Shown here piece after piece: positions 13,301 through 25,976 of a stretch of 64,000 nucleotides of DNA. The notes beneath the pieces are model-generated. The model was not told the DNA's origin. It searched no databases and was given only the letters and a program-made list of their open reading frames with translations. Source of the stretch: Antedon mediterranea (lineage: Eukaryota > Animalia > Echinodermata); contig NC_092673.1 in assembly GCF_964355755.1 (NCBI RefSeq), positions 34,965,648 through 35,029,647 of the forward strand. The letters are read 5' to 3'. A program made the translations under genes and the position numbers. Each line of letters opens with the position of its first letter. The stretch's first letter is position 1.

Positions 13301-14046
13301 AACCTGACATGTTTGATCTAATAGGAAACAATCTTTCAGATATTGATGGTGTTACTCTATTAAGGTTGGTGAATCTAATTGATATGGATGATGACACTTT
13401 TGAATGGTATGATTATTATAGCATGTCAGTTGATAATCTAGAAGGTTTAATAGATGCCTGTTATAAAGATGGTAGGATATTGAATTGGACCAGGTTGAGT
13501 TTAAATAGGATCAACCTAGGTTCAATTGAAGGATCAAAATTAGCTTTTTTATTGAAATTCTCTCCAAACTTAGAATGTTTTAACATTAGACATTGCAATC
13601 TTTCGGGTAGTATTATGACAGATTTATTGAATGAATGTGATAAGAATAATGTTGTGTTGAAACCTGGCATGTTTGATCTACATGGAAACGATCTTTCAGA
13701 TATTGATGGTGTTTCACTTTTTAGGTTGGTGATGTGTATGAATTATGTCACTTTTAAATGGCATAATTATAACCTGTCAGTTGATAACCTACAAGAACTT
13801 GTAGATATCTGTAAGGTTAATGATAGTAAGCTGACATGGAGTGATTTAGATTTAAGTGGACTTAACCTTGTAGCATCCACTTTAGCTGGTTTAATACAAT
13901 TCTCTCCATTTCTGGAACATCTCAGTTTGGAAAATTGCAATCTTTCGGGTGGTATGATAATGTCTGTATTGAATCAATGTGAAGGAAATGGAATAGTATT
14001 GAAAAAAGAAATGCTGAATCTGATGGGCAATGACATCATTTGCTAA
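4301..14046 (+). CDS. NLR gene 1, giant terminal coding exon: NACHT NTPase plus ~21 four-LRR super-repeats (upstream exons lie outside the window or were not found)
   Basis: Uninterrupted 3252-aa frame. Walker A GKGGMGKTT (~4549), Walker B IVILLDGLDEL (~4801), IITSRP, SSPLLLLLIC, and winged-helix PHKLVSEALAG. RI-like LRRs LxxLDMSNCxLS run from ~6200 to the stop. Acceptor tttaacAG at 4299-4300 (phase 1) matches the paralog acceptor at 63732-63733. Confidence 0.93.
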
Positions 14047-14954
14047 ATTAGAATGGATCACTAGTTCATAATTTGTTTTCTAATCTAGTCTCAGATCTAG
14101 ACAACTTAAGGCCAACTCAGACAGCATCTTACAAAAAGGCCCAATGAAACGTTGTTACTCATTGGTGTTGAATCCAGACAAGACGAGTAATCTTGAAATA
14201 GCGTTGGGCAGAGTTTTTAGGGTCGTCACAAAACTTTTATACTTTATAGTTTTCGACGAGACGACTCATCGTCGTACGATGCTGTATGATTTAGATAATT
14301 TGGAAAATGAAAACTCATATCTAGACAACTTAGCAAATTTGGAAGAAGATTAAAAATCAGATTATACAAACACAGATCTAGAAAACACTGACATCTCTGA
14401 TGACCAAGACAATTTAGATCTAGAAATTGCAAACAAATCTAAAGTGGCTCTAATAATCATATAAATTGTTACTATTTATTTTGCTTATGTATATTTTCAA
14501 TTTGTTGTTTGGCCTACAATTCTTTTAGATTTATAAATCATAGGCCCTATTGCTTTTTATAATATCATACTGTGAAAGCTTGTTAAGAAGTTAAAGATGT
14601 ATTGTTCCCCGAAAAAATAATTCTTAAACATTTTTTTTGTAATTTTGCCATTTTAATGTCACCTAATATTTATCCACTTTGACCAAAATTGGATCGAAAC
14701 AAAAATGTATTTACCCAAGAACTGTAATTTAAACAGAGTTGACATAGAACCATTGTTGTTTTCAACCTCTAGTTTATTGGAACACCCCTACATATCAATG
14801 GGGCCGTCGGCTACGGGACCCTCTAGTGGGACCATCTCCATGTATTACCATCATTTCTTTCTGTATTGTTGAGTAAAGTACGAAAACAAAAGAACGAACT
14901 AATTCAGAGAATTCTACAGCTGACTAGCAATTAACAATTAAGTTGTTGTTTATT

Positions 14955-15250
14955 ACGATACGTTGAGAAATGTTGCCCTGAAGCTGGGCAGAAATAGGAT
15001 ATATGTAGACTAGATACGTTGAAAATCGTTGCCCTTGCTCCTATTGAAGCAGGGCAGAAATATTATAGATATGTTGAAAATCGTTGCTCTTGCTCCTATT
15101 GAAGCAGGGCAGAAATATTATAGATACGTTGGCAATCGTTGCCCTTTTTCGTAGAACGGAACAGAATTATCACTTTATCTTATCGGAGTATAATTTCTCT
15201 GAGTAGGTTCATAGCTGAATTGATACGTTGAAAACTATTCACTGGGCAGA
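14955..15250. repeat. Degenerate ~54-bp tandem repeat (gatacgttgaaaatcgttgcc...gggcagaaat)
   Basis: Three to five imperfect copies visible. Confidence 0.7.
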
Positions 15251-15376
15251 AATACAGAATACAGAGGAATCAGTCCTGCATTTATTATTATTTATGTATT
15301 TGTATATAACATGTTAAGTACTGATATCATTGTTTTTTGCAATATCAAATAATTTCTTGTATTATATCATTATATA

Positions 15377-15753
15377 CAGTAAAATCTTTATTAATGGACA
15401 CTTGTTGGCTAAATATTAAAGAGAAAGTTGTACAACCCCAGTTAAGTCATACTTAAAGGACACTTGTTGGCTAAATAAGATAAAGTTGTACAACCTCAGT
15501 TAAGTCATACTTAAAAGACACTTGTTGGCTAAATGAAAGTTGTACAACCTCAGTTAAGTCATACTTAAAGGACACTTGTTGGCTAAATAAGATAAAGTTG
15601 TACAACCTCAGTTAAGTCATACTTAAAAGACACTTCTTCATTGTCTGAAAAAATATGAAAATTGTAGCAAACTGTAGCCAGAGAAAACACTCCTATTGAA
15701 AAAAAAACCATTTGTTTTGGTGCCAAAAGTGTCCCTTAAATATAATTCTACTG
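15377..15753. mobile_element. Tc1/mariner-pogo (Tigger-like) MITE with internal ~55-bp tandem repeats
   Basis: TA|CAGTAAAATC...GGACAC at the left end and GTGTCC...ATTCTACTG|TA at the right end give imperfect TIRs with a TA TSD. Four internal repeats of aaagttgtacaacctcagttaagtcatacttaaa. Confidence 0.7.
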
Positions 15754-15780
15754 TATCTTAATTATACTGAATAATGTAGC

Positions 15781-15948
15781 AGTCATTTTATATCTTGTAT
15801 TTGTAGTTAAGTCTAATGTTGAAGTATATATTTATACTGTGCACAGATCACTTGCTTTTAAGTCATTTTATATCTTGTATTTGTAGTTAAGTTTAATGTT
15901 GAAGTATATATTTATACTGTGCACAGATCACTTGCTTTTAAGTCATTT
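15781..15948. repeat. 80-bp tandem duplication
   Basis: 15781-15860 is nearly identical to 15861-15940. Confidence 0.9.
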
Positions 15949-16093
15949 TTTCTGAATCTATTTACAATTAAATTCTTGCAGTAAATCAATCAAATTTTGT
16001 ATTTCTATTAGATATGTTGAAGAGATGAATAAAATGGATTAAAAATGTATGAGAGTATATTGTTTTATTTGTTGTAGTTTTATTTATTGACGT

Positions 16094-17410
16094 TTTAGAT
16101 ATAAATGACGACAACAGTGTACATAGTGATCTACTTCCTGATGATTTTAGATATAAATGACGACAACAGTATACATAGTGATCTACTTCCTGATGATTTT
16201 AGATATAAATGACAACAGTATACAAAGTGATCTACTTCCTGATGATTTAGATATAAATGACAACAGTATACATAGTGATCTACTTCCTGATGATTTTATA
16301 TATAAATGACGACAACAGTGTACATAGTGATCTACTTCCTGATGATTTAGATATAAATGACGACAACAGTATACATAGTGATCTACTTCCTGATGATTTT
16401 AGATATAAATGACGACAACAGTATACATAGTGATCTACTTCCTGATGATTTTAGATATAAATGACAACAGTATACATAGTGATCTACTTCCTGATGATTT
16501 AGATATAAATGACGACAACAGTATACACAGTGATCTACTTCCTGATGATTTTAGATATAAATGACAACAGTATACATAGTGATCTACTTCCTGATGATTT
16601 TATGTATAAATGACGACAACAGTGTACATAGTGATCTACTTCCCGATGATTTAGATATAAATGACGACAACAGTATACATAGTGATCTACTTCCTGATGA
16701 TTTTAGATATAAATGACGACAACAGTATACATAGTGATCTACTTCCTGATGATTTTAGATATAAATGACAACAGTATACATAGTGATCTACTTCCTGATG
16801 ATTTAGATATAAATGACGACAACAGTATACATAGTGATCTACTTCCTGATGATTTTAGATATAAATGACAACAGTATACAAAGTGATCTACTTCCTGATG
16901 ATTTAGATATAAATGACAACAGTATACATAGTGATCTACTTCCTGATGATTTTATATATAAATGACGACAACAGTGTACATAGTGATCTACTTCCTGATG
17001 ATTTAGATATAAATGACGACAACAGTATACATAGTGATTTTTTTTTTTTTTCATTTCTTTATTCGAATTCATAAAATAACACAACATAAAAAAAATACAA
17101 AGAATGAATTCAGGGTAACACAAAAAAGTAACCAAAGGTCAAACTTATTTCCATTGTGGCCCTTAAGGATAAAAACACCATAAGAATAAACATTTACAAT
17201 AAACAATAACACATGTAGTAACAATATAAATATAAATTATATCTACTTCCTGATGATTTTAGATATAAATGACGACAACAGTATACATAGTGATCTACTT
17301 CCTGATGATTTTAGATAAAATGACAACAGTATACATAGTGATCTACTTCCTGATGATTTAGATATAAATGACAACAGTATACATAGTGATCTACTTCCTG
17401 ATGATTTTAT
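16094..17410. repeat. ~48-52-bp minisatellite array interrupted by a retro-insertion
   Basis: Unit gatgattttagatataaatgac(gac)aacagtatacatagtgatctacttcct, more than 20 copies. Confidence 0.95.
17039..17240 (-). mobile_element. 5'-truncated L2/CR1-group LINE (or LINE-tailed SINE) 3' fragment inserted in the minisatellite
   Basis: The minus strand reads ...ccacaatggaaataag...aataaagaaatg(A)n and shares AATGGAAATAAG with the 3' UTR of the LINE near 3802. The array resumes in register at 17241. Confidence 0.75.
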
Positions 17411-18420
17411 GTAAAAGTCACTTTTGTTTTCAGTACTGGTTAAGTTAGCTGTACTCCCGGGGCTGTACTGTACAACTGGTACTGGTGGTTCAAATGACCA
17501 TCTTCATAGAGACATCTGGTAGCCATAACATACATTTATTTATGAATATTGACACGTGGAGATTCGTATGTTATCAACAAGTAGACCTACTGTACCTACT
17601 GTACTCATCTTCTTCATTTCACCATCATCATGATTGTTGTGTACCATCTTCAGCATTGTAATTATTATATCATCTCACCATCATTGTTATATCATTTTCA
17701 TCATTGTTATATTGTATCAACTTTATCATTGTTAGTAACAGCTTTGTAATTGTCCTTCTTATACCATCTTAACATCATGTTACCACCATTATTATCTCAG
17801 TGACTCTATTTTTTATATTATATTCATTAAAAAATGTTTCTGGAGGGAAAACCTCTTTTGAATACTATACGGGGATGTTGAAAACATAGAGGGAAGACTT
17901 TGATAGGCACCATTTTGGTCTCTGAATTGTGTTACTAATATTGATAAAGTGAATGCCATAATAATACGTCCCTGGATGCATGTGTTCTAATTTCAAAGAC
18001 GTATCTGGGCCTAGACGTAGGAGGCCTAGAGGTAAGGAATTAAAATATATTAAAATAATGTTTTATAATCAAACTTTTTATTTAGTAAACGGTTCCTTTA
18101 TTTAATTTCGAAAAGATACTCAGAAACTTGTCAGGACTCTCCTGACAAGAGGAGGTTGGCGAGTAGGCGCCCATACTAGCCTAGGCTCTACTATAATAGC
18201 CTCTCTATTATAGCTAGGCCTAGGACCATGCATGCATTCAGCATCAAATCAACGCGGACTGTACCATGCACACTGGATGTAGGCCTATTACGCCTGCCTG
18301 TATGTATTAATTGCAATCACCAATGTAAACTGATTTCTCTGTTTGTTGCTATCCTCGAAATAATACTAGATAGCCAGTAATTGATTTACAATACATAAAA
18401 AGAACAATAAATAATCGTAA

Positions 18421-18823
18421 ACCGTATCCATACTTTTAAAAACTAAAGGTACGGTAATTATAGAGGGCGCTATGTAATGTAGATGTTAATCAAATAGGTT
18501 ATTGCATTGGTTTTCTGCAAGCCAGCTGTGTAGCCTAGCGGGCATGTGATGAGGCTTTGGCTTAAGGGGTTGGGGGTTCGATACTCTTCTTGACGTCTTT
18601 TTTTTTATTTTTTTTTTTAGTTTTTAATTTAAGAGAGATTATTTAGAGGGTTAGGTTTTTAATATTTAGGAAGGAGTTTAATATTTAGGAAGGAGTTTAA
18701 TATTTAGGAACGAGTTTTATATTTAGGTACGAGTTTTAGGAATGCAATTTTACCGTACTTTTAGCAAACGGAAGCGCCCTCTATAATTACCGTATCTTTA
18801 GTTTTTAAAAGCATGGATACGGT
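18421..18823. mobile_element. MITE-like element with ~50-bp inverted repeats enclosing a degenerate tRNA-like segment and 19-bp repeats
   Basis: accgtatccatacttttaaaaactaaaggtacggtaattatagagggcgct is inverted at 18773-18823. Internal A-box-like tagcctagcgg and B-box-like ggttcgatac. Confidence 0.65.
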
Positions 18824-19052
18824 ACCGTATCTTTAGCAACGGCGATAAATAATACTGATTTAGTTTGTTCGCTTATTAAATAAAATATGTTCTAGAAGTA
18901 GAAATCTGATTTTGCATACATATGCCAACATCAGAAGTCTCCCATGTATGTTTTTGTTATTATTAAAACAAATTATAGTATAAATAATGAATACACTGTT
19001 ACTGGAGTGTTTCTTCATATATGATGCAGTATTTGGAGTAATAATGTATTTA

Positions 19053-21760
19053 ATGTACTGTAGGCTACTTTAATATTATTGTTTAAAACTATTACATTTT
19101 TGCAATGAAAAGTTTACACTAGGAGGTATATACTGCCCTCATATCAAAGTAAGCATGAACTTTTGTGGCACTTATTACAAAAATAACATCCAAAGGTTGT
19201 TTATGATATTCAAATAAATCGTCAATTTTGTTGAGGGCAGCAGCTATGTAAACTGTAGACCAATTCATAAACTGTCTTTTTGTAACTTTTGATTCAGAAT
19301 TCATTAGTTGATTTTGATTGTTCTAGGTAAAGTATGATATTAAAATCTACAGAAAAATTATGCAGAAAGTTAATGGTGTATTGTAGTTAATTTTTGTAAA
19401 ACCCAGAATTATATTTATAAAATGTGAAAGTAGGTATAAATTAAATGTGTGCATTCAGCTGTGAAACGATATTTGAAAGAAGTAAAGAAATAAAATGAAA
19501 GAAATTGTGTATTGACGTCAATGCTATTCAAACAAGTAAATCCCTATTGTGAGAAATCACTGATACAGGTTGAATGTTAACAATCAACAAGTTGGTTTAA
19601 ATATTTTATCTTTTGACTGGTAATATTCTACACTGTAGTAGTAGATAGTTAATACTAAATACTGTACAAAATTTACAATATCTATTTTTTTATTATGAAA
19701 AGGTCTTGCCTTAATCGTCTTGAATACTGCAGTCGTGCATGAGACCCTGATTGTAATATTTATATAATTCATATACTGCATTCAGCAAACTTTTTATTTT
19801 GTGGTCTAAAATCTAGGACCAAGACGCACCCCAACCACCCAGCTGGACCAATGTAATGAAACTAATACTAAAAGAGCTAACCAACTAACTAAAACCAGTG
19901 CAATAACGTTACTATTTTACTATAACTAATAATTTTTTTGTCTTACAAAAATTCTTTGAATTATTTGATTAAAATATTTTCCCTTTTTTTTCTACTCATC
20001 ATAGTCATTGCACCTATATTTATTTCATTAAAAGACCTACTGTAAGAAGTAGGGTTTTGTCAAGTAAAGAATATTCTCTACTCCATGGTTTTGTTTAATA
20101 GCAATTAATGTGTAAAAATGTCTCTCTTATTCCAGACACTAGATACTATAATAATAAGGTATTAAAAGTATCAAAATAACACAATCTAATTTAAAAGTAA
20201 CCACAACTAACCTGTTTTTAAAATATACAGTATTAGCGACTGATGGATAGAATTCCCTGTTCTTTATATCTACCTATATCATTTTTATAATATTGAAATT
20301 TAATTTTATTGAAAGAACCAAATAGCAGGGTTTTGTTAACAGCAGGTTGCCTAAAGAAATAAAGTATTAAAGAGAGTGTACAAACACAATCCAAATCAAA
20401 ATTATCTGATTTCACAATGTATAATTGTACCACCAACTTTAATGGAATATTAGAATAAACGGTGAAGGAGTGTTATTATCACACTTCAGTAAGCTATTAT
20501 GAATACTCTGATTGCTAAAAAGGTTTACAATTGAAATTCCCCTGAGTGCATGTATTTTATATAGCAGGGTTTACACTGTATTACAAATTACATACAGAGG
20601 CGATATGCTTATTCCCATTACACAGTCTAAGCTCCTGGGTGGTGGCAGGATGGATTTAAACTGAAATAAAACCTTATTTGGGAATGAAAAATAAATTTCT
20701 TAGGTGGATCAAATTTGAGACCCACACACCTCCTCCCCCAGGTCAATGCAAAAGGCTTTAAAACACTACACTACATTTTGCATAAGGCACTGGGCATCCA
20801 AGAACAGACAAGGAATGACCTGGTTTAATGTTTTTAAAGTAATACAGGTATGCATTATTTTTACAAAACGTCAACAATTGTAGGGATAGTGTCTTTAATA
20901 ATATAACAGTGATTTGAAAAATTAACTAAAAATTACCATTTTTTACAATAAAAATTGTACAATTAAATATTTATTAACCATTAGTATTATGTAGGCTAAT
21001 CTTGCAATGCTTTCATTCCTGATACATTAAAATATAGAAATTATTCAGTTGAAATGGATGAAGCATAATAGGTAGTGATCAAGTTTTTTTAATCTGTTCT
21101 GTACCACAGAAAGGAATATCTTGTATATTCATAGCACTTTTTAATAATTGATCAATAAATAAAAAGAAATTAAAGTACCATAAATGTACTAATTTTGTTT
21201 TAAATGATTTAAAAAAAATCTTATTTACTAATCCTACTTATTTAAAAATAATTAGAATGTAACTCTAAAAAAGAATGTAAAACAGGGTGGAATTTATTTC
21301 ATGTACTGTAGGCTACTTAAATTTATTTGTTTAAAACTACTACATTTTTTCAATGAAAAGTTTACAGGAGGTATACCACCCTCATATCAAAGTAAGCATG
21401 AACGTTTGTGGCACTTATTACAAAAATACCATTCAAAGGTTGTATTGAAGTTAAATTGTGTAAAAGCCAGAATGACTATTTATAAAATATGAAAGTAGGT
21501 ATAAATTAAATGTGTGCATTCAGCTGTGAAACGATATTTGAAAGAAGTAAAGAAATATAAAATGAAAGAAATTGTGTATTGACGTCAATGCTATTCAAAC
21601 AAGTAAATCCCTACTTGTGAGAAATCACTGATACAGGTTGAATGTTAACAATCAACAAGTTGGTTTAAATATTTTATCTTTTGATTGGTAATATTCTACA
21701 CTGTAGTAGATGTATATACTAAATACTGTACACAATTTGCAATATCTATTTTTTATTATG
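19053..21760 (+). repeat. Direct segmental duplication (19053-19700 vs 21301-21760; third diverged partial copy ~25760-25930)
   Basis: Long near-identical stretches, e.g. gaaagtaggtataaattaaatgtgtgcattcagctgtg...ttgacgtcaatgctattcaaacaagtaaatccc. Confidence 0.85.
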
Positions 21761-23511
21761 AAATATCTAACTGTACTTTGTACCTTCTGTACCCTATTCT
21801 TGAATACTAGTTTTGCATAGAATTTTCATTTGGATATTTATATATTCATATACTAGAACAAATCCAAGTAACTGCAACATCTTTGTTTGTTGTTAGGTAA
21901 GCTATGATTATAAGCCCAACTAAAGATGATGGTTTAAAATTCTTCAACATTTTTTCTTTGGTTGTATATGTAAAGATGAGAGATAAATATTGTAAGCTTC
22001 ATGAATGTTGTGGGTTGTAAGAATTGGAATGTTCATTCAAAGTTACAAGATTACCTATGTCAACTATTACCGTATCACCAAAATGTTACATTATGTTCCA
22101 TAGCCTGAGATGAGAGTTATTGTTGAAGAAAAAAACGATTTTGAAATTATCATCCTGTTCCTTTAAGCCAAAGAATCTATTTTCTCGATATTAAAACTTG
22201 AAAACAGTAAGTATCTTGGTAAAGTGTCTGGTGTTTCAGTATTTAGACTTATATTATTTAGTATCTTTCTAGATCTTTACTTATTTTGTTAATGTGTAAT
22301 ATAAAATCTCTATTTTCTTTTCTTGTCTGTTTTAATATAAGGAACAATTATTTGAAGTTGATTGAAGTGAACACATATAAACACATTACAAACCTTTGTG
22401 GTTTTATAGGAGACTCCATTGTCAACAACCTAGACCTTTTAGCAGTATAGTAGGTCTTGCGTTTTTAGCCCTTTTCAACATATTTGATTCGAATGCTTGT
22501 TTTTCCTTTTGGGCCGTGCTTAGGGGTTTCCGTAAGCTCAAGGGCCCCTGGGTTTAGCCAGTGAGCGCTCATAGCCGTTACGCCAATGCTTTTCAATACC
22601 TTTATATTATTTTCTGTTCTTTGGTTTTTGAATGGAAAACTTTTAGATAAAAGGGTGGATATTTAGTAGTGATGCTTGTTGATAGCTACTCACAAAGTTT
22701 CTCGTTGTCATGGAAAGTTGCACAATTTGAATTTACATATATTTTAAAATCAGTAAAAACCAGTGTTACTAATTTTACAGGTAAAAAAAAGTGTGGGTGT
22801 AACATGATAGAAAGATGAACAACAGAATTATTAAGCATAGCAAATTCATCAGAGATATGATTGGTTTTAAATGATCAGTTGATCAGCAGTTTGTGTCATT
22901 CAGTAAGGAGTGGCTTGTGCTGGTGGAACCACATCAACTTGCTTTCAGCATTCAAAATGTAGTATGATGTACATCAAGATACCTGAGCTTCGTTTGCATG
23001 TAAATGGTAACCTGAATTTTGCAAGTATTGGTGAATTGATGTAGTATGATGTATTAAACTGAGCCTACTTTACATGTGAATGGTAAACTTAGCGGTACAA
23101 GCTACATTGATTAATTGTAAGTACATATTTCTATGTTTTCCTGTACTGTATGTCAAGGTGAGGAGGCATGTTTGCATTCTCCATAGCTCCTCCTATAATC
23201 TGAAGTTTTTTTTATTTTGCCATAATACAATGAAATTACAATCAACTTGATTAGATTAGTTTTGAATGTTAGATTTTCTATATTTGTTTTCCGTCTTTTT
23301 ACCTATTGCACATGTTTTATGGAATCTAAGAGGGATGGCCATGAATAGCAACTGGCATTTGATCAGCTGGAATGGTACTTCCATAAGTTGACATTTAAAA
23401 AAATGATGGTTTAAATTCACACCATTTGATTGGTCATGTAGTTTGTTGTTATGTTGTGAGACGCTAGGTCTGCTGTACGTTGTCAGCTGCTATATGTTAA
23501 ATCGTTAATAA

Positions 23512-24962
23512 ATAGCTTGTTGTGGTATGTTTATATCAATAGCTTGTTGTGGTATGTTTATATCAATAGCTTGTTGTGGTATGTTTTTATCAATAGCTTG
23601 TTGTGGTATGTTTATATCAATAGCTTGTTGTGGTATGTTTATATCAATAGCTTGTTGTGGTATGTTTATATCAATAGCTTGTTGTGGTATGTTTATATCA
23701 ATAGCTTGTTGTGGTATGTTTATATCAATAGCTTGTTGTGGTATGTTTATATCAATAGCTTGTTGTGGTATGTTTATATCAATAGCTTGTTGTGGTATGT
23801 TTATATCAATAGCTTGTTGTGGTATGTTTATATCAATAGCTTGTTGTGGTATGTTTATATCAATAGCTTGTTGTGGTATGTTTATATCAATAGCTTGTTG
23901 TGGTATGTTTATATCAATAGCTTGTTGTGGTATGTTTATATCAATAGCTTGTTGTGGTATGTTTATATCAATAGCTTGTTGTGGTATGTTTATATCAATA
24001 GCTTGTTGTGGTATGTTTATATCAATAGCTTGTTGTGGTATGTTTATATCAATAGCTTGTTGTGGTATGTTTATATCAATAGCTTGTTGTGGTATGTTTA
24101 TATCAATAGCTTGTTGTGGTATGTTTATATCAATAGCTTGTTGTGGTATGTTTATATCAATAGCTTGTTGTGGTATGTTTATATCAATAGCTTGTTGTGG
24201 TATGTTTATATCAATAGCTTGTTGTGGTATGTTTATATCAATAGCTTGTTGTGGTATGTTTATATCAATAGCTTGTTGTGGTATGTTTATATCAATAGCT
24301 TGTTGTGGTATGTTTATATCAATAGCTTGTTGTGGTATGTTTATATCAATAGCTTGTTGTGGTATGTTTATATCAATAGCTTGTTGTGGTATGTTTATAT
24401 CAATAGCTTGTTGTGGTATGTTTATATCAATAGCTTGTTGTGGTATGTTTATATCAATAGCTTGTTGTGGTATGTTTATATCAATAGCTTGTTGTGGTAT
24501 GTTTATATCAATAGCTTGTTGTGGTATGTTTATATCAATAGCTTGTTGTGGTATGTTTATATCAATAGCTTGTTGTGGTATGTTTATATCAATAGCTTGT
24601 TGTGGTATGTTTATATCAATAGCTTGTTGTGGTATGTTTATATCAATAGCTTGTTGTGGTATGTTTATATCAATAGCTTGTTGTGGTATGTTTATATCAA
24701 TAGCTTGTTGTGGTATGTTTATATCAATAGCTTGTTGTGGTATGTTTATATCAATAGCTTGTTGTGGTATGTTTATATCAATAGCTTGTTGTGGTATGTT
24801 TATATCAATAGCTTGTTGTGGTATGTTTATATCAATAGTTTGTTGTGGTATGTTTATATCAATAGCTTGTTGTGGTATGTTTATATCAATAGCTTGTTGT
24901 GGTATGTTTATATCAATAGCTTGTTGTGGTATGTTTATATCAATAGCTTGTTGTGGTATGTT
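23512..24962. repeat. Near-perfect 27-bp satellite, ~54 copies
   Basis: Unit atagcttgttgtggtatgtttatatca, with only about two variant copies seen. Confidence 0.98.
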
Positions 24963-24975
24963 TTATAAACAAATA

Positions 24976-25671
24976 TAGTAGAACCCTTATTAAGGGGACA
25001 TCTTCAGGACTCAAAAAACTGTCCCATTAATAGCTGGGGGTATCCCCCAAAAAAACTGAAATAAATACCAGAATGAACAATAATTTATCTTACTCGCAAG
25101 ATTGAGGTAATTGAAAATTAGCAACTAATATTTAACTGTCAAGCCTGAAATAGTATCATAATTATTATCATAATTATTATATTCATTTTTGTCCCCTTCA
25201 TAGGGGTTGAATCAACCATTTGGCACACTCAAAGGTATCCCTGTCTCCTTAGTAGGAGTGTCTATGAGTAGGAGTTAGCCGTAGTGTTAAAACATTTCCC
25301 TGCTTTTTCGTGGGAATGTACAGTAGTCTCCTGAATAGGGGTGACCTCACAATAGGGGTGTCCCCACAATGGGGGTGACCTCACAATAGGGGTGACCTCA
25401 CAATAGGGGTGACCTCACAATAGGGGTGACCTCACAATAGGGGTGTCCCCACAATAGGGGTGACCTCACAATAGGGGTGTCCCCACAATAGGGGTGACCC
25501 CACAATAGGGGTGTCCCCACAATAGGGGTGTCCCCACAATAGAGGTGACCCCACAATAGGGGTGACCTCACAATAGGGGTGACCTCACAATAGGGGTGAC
25601 CTCACAATAGGGGTGACCTCACAATAGGGGTGACCCCAGAATAAGAGTGACCCAAATGAGGGGTTCTACTG
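24976..25671. mobile_element. Tigger/pogo-like MITE containing a 17-bp minisatellite (25335-25655)
   Basis: TA|(T)AGTAGAACCC...GGGTTCTACTG|TA termini. Internal unit aataggggtg(a/t)cc(t/c)cac. Confidence 0.75.
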
Positions 25672-25976
25672 TATTGCTTATGATCATATAGACTTTAATT
25701 ATTCAGAACATATTTATATTTGGTTTAATAATGAAATATTTCCCTCAAATAACAGTTAACCTACTGTATTATTAATTTGTGTAAAAACCAATATTGCTAT
25801 ATTTATAAAATGAAAGTATGTACATTTTTAATAAATGTGCATTCATCTGCAGCAACACAAAGCATAAAAGAACTAAAAAACATAAAGCAAAGGAAATTCA
25901 GTGACGTCAATGCTATTCAAACAATTCAATCACTATTTTATGGGATTTTGTCTTAAATTGTGTATTTACCTCACAG

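Noticed and set aside
6504-13670. Series of similar minus-strand ORFs (MPGFNTTLFLSHSFNK...)
   Set aside because: Antisense shadows of the periodic NLR LRR exon; they recur only because the sense repeat recurs.
16094-17410. Possible CRISPR-like array (also 23512-24962 and 38900-52430)
   Set aside because: Units are contiguous tandem repeats without unique spacers, there are no cas genes, and the context is eukaryotic.
23517-24978. Two 483-aa ORFs (LWYVYINSL)n and (MFISIACCG)n
   Set aside because: Translation of a perfect 27-bp satellite, with no synonymous variation or splice context.
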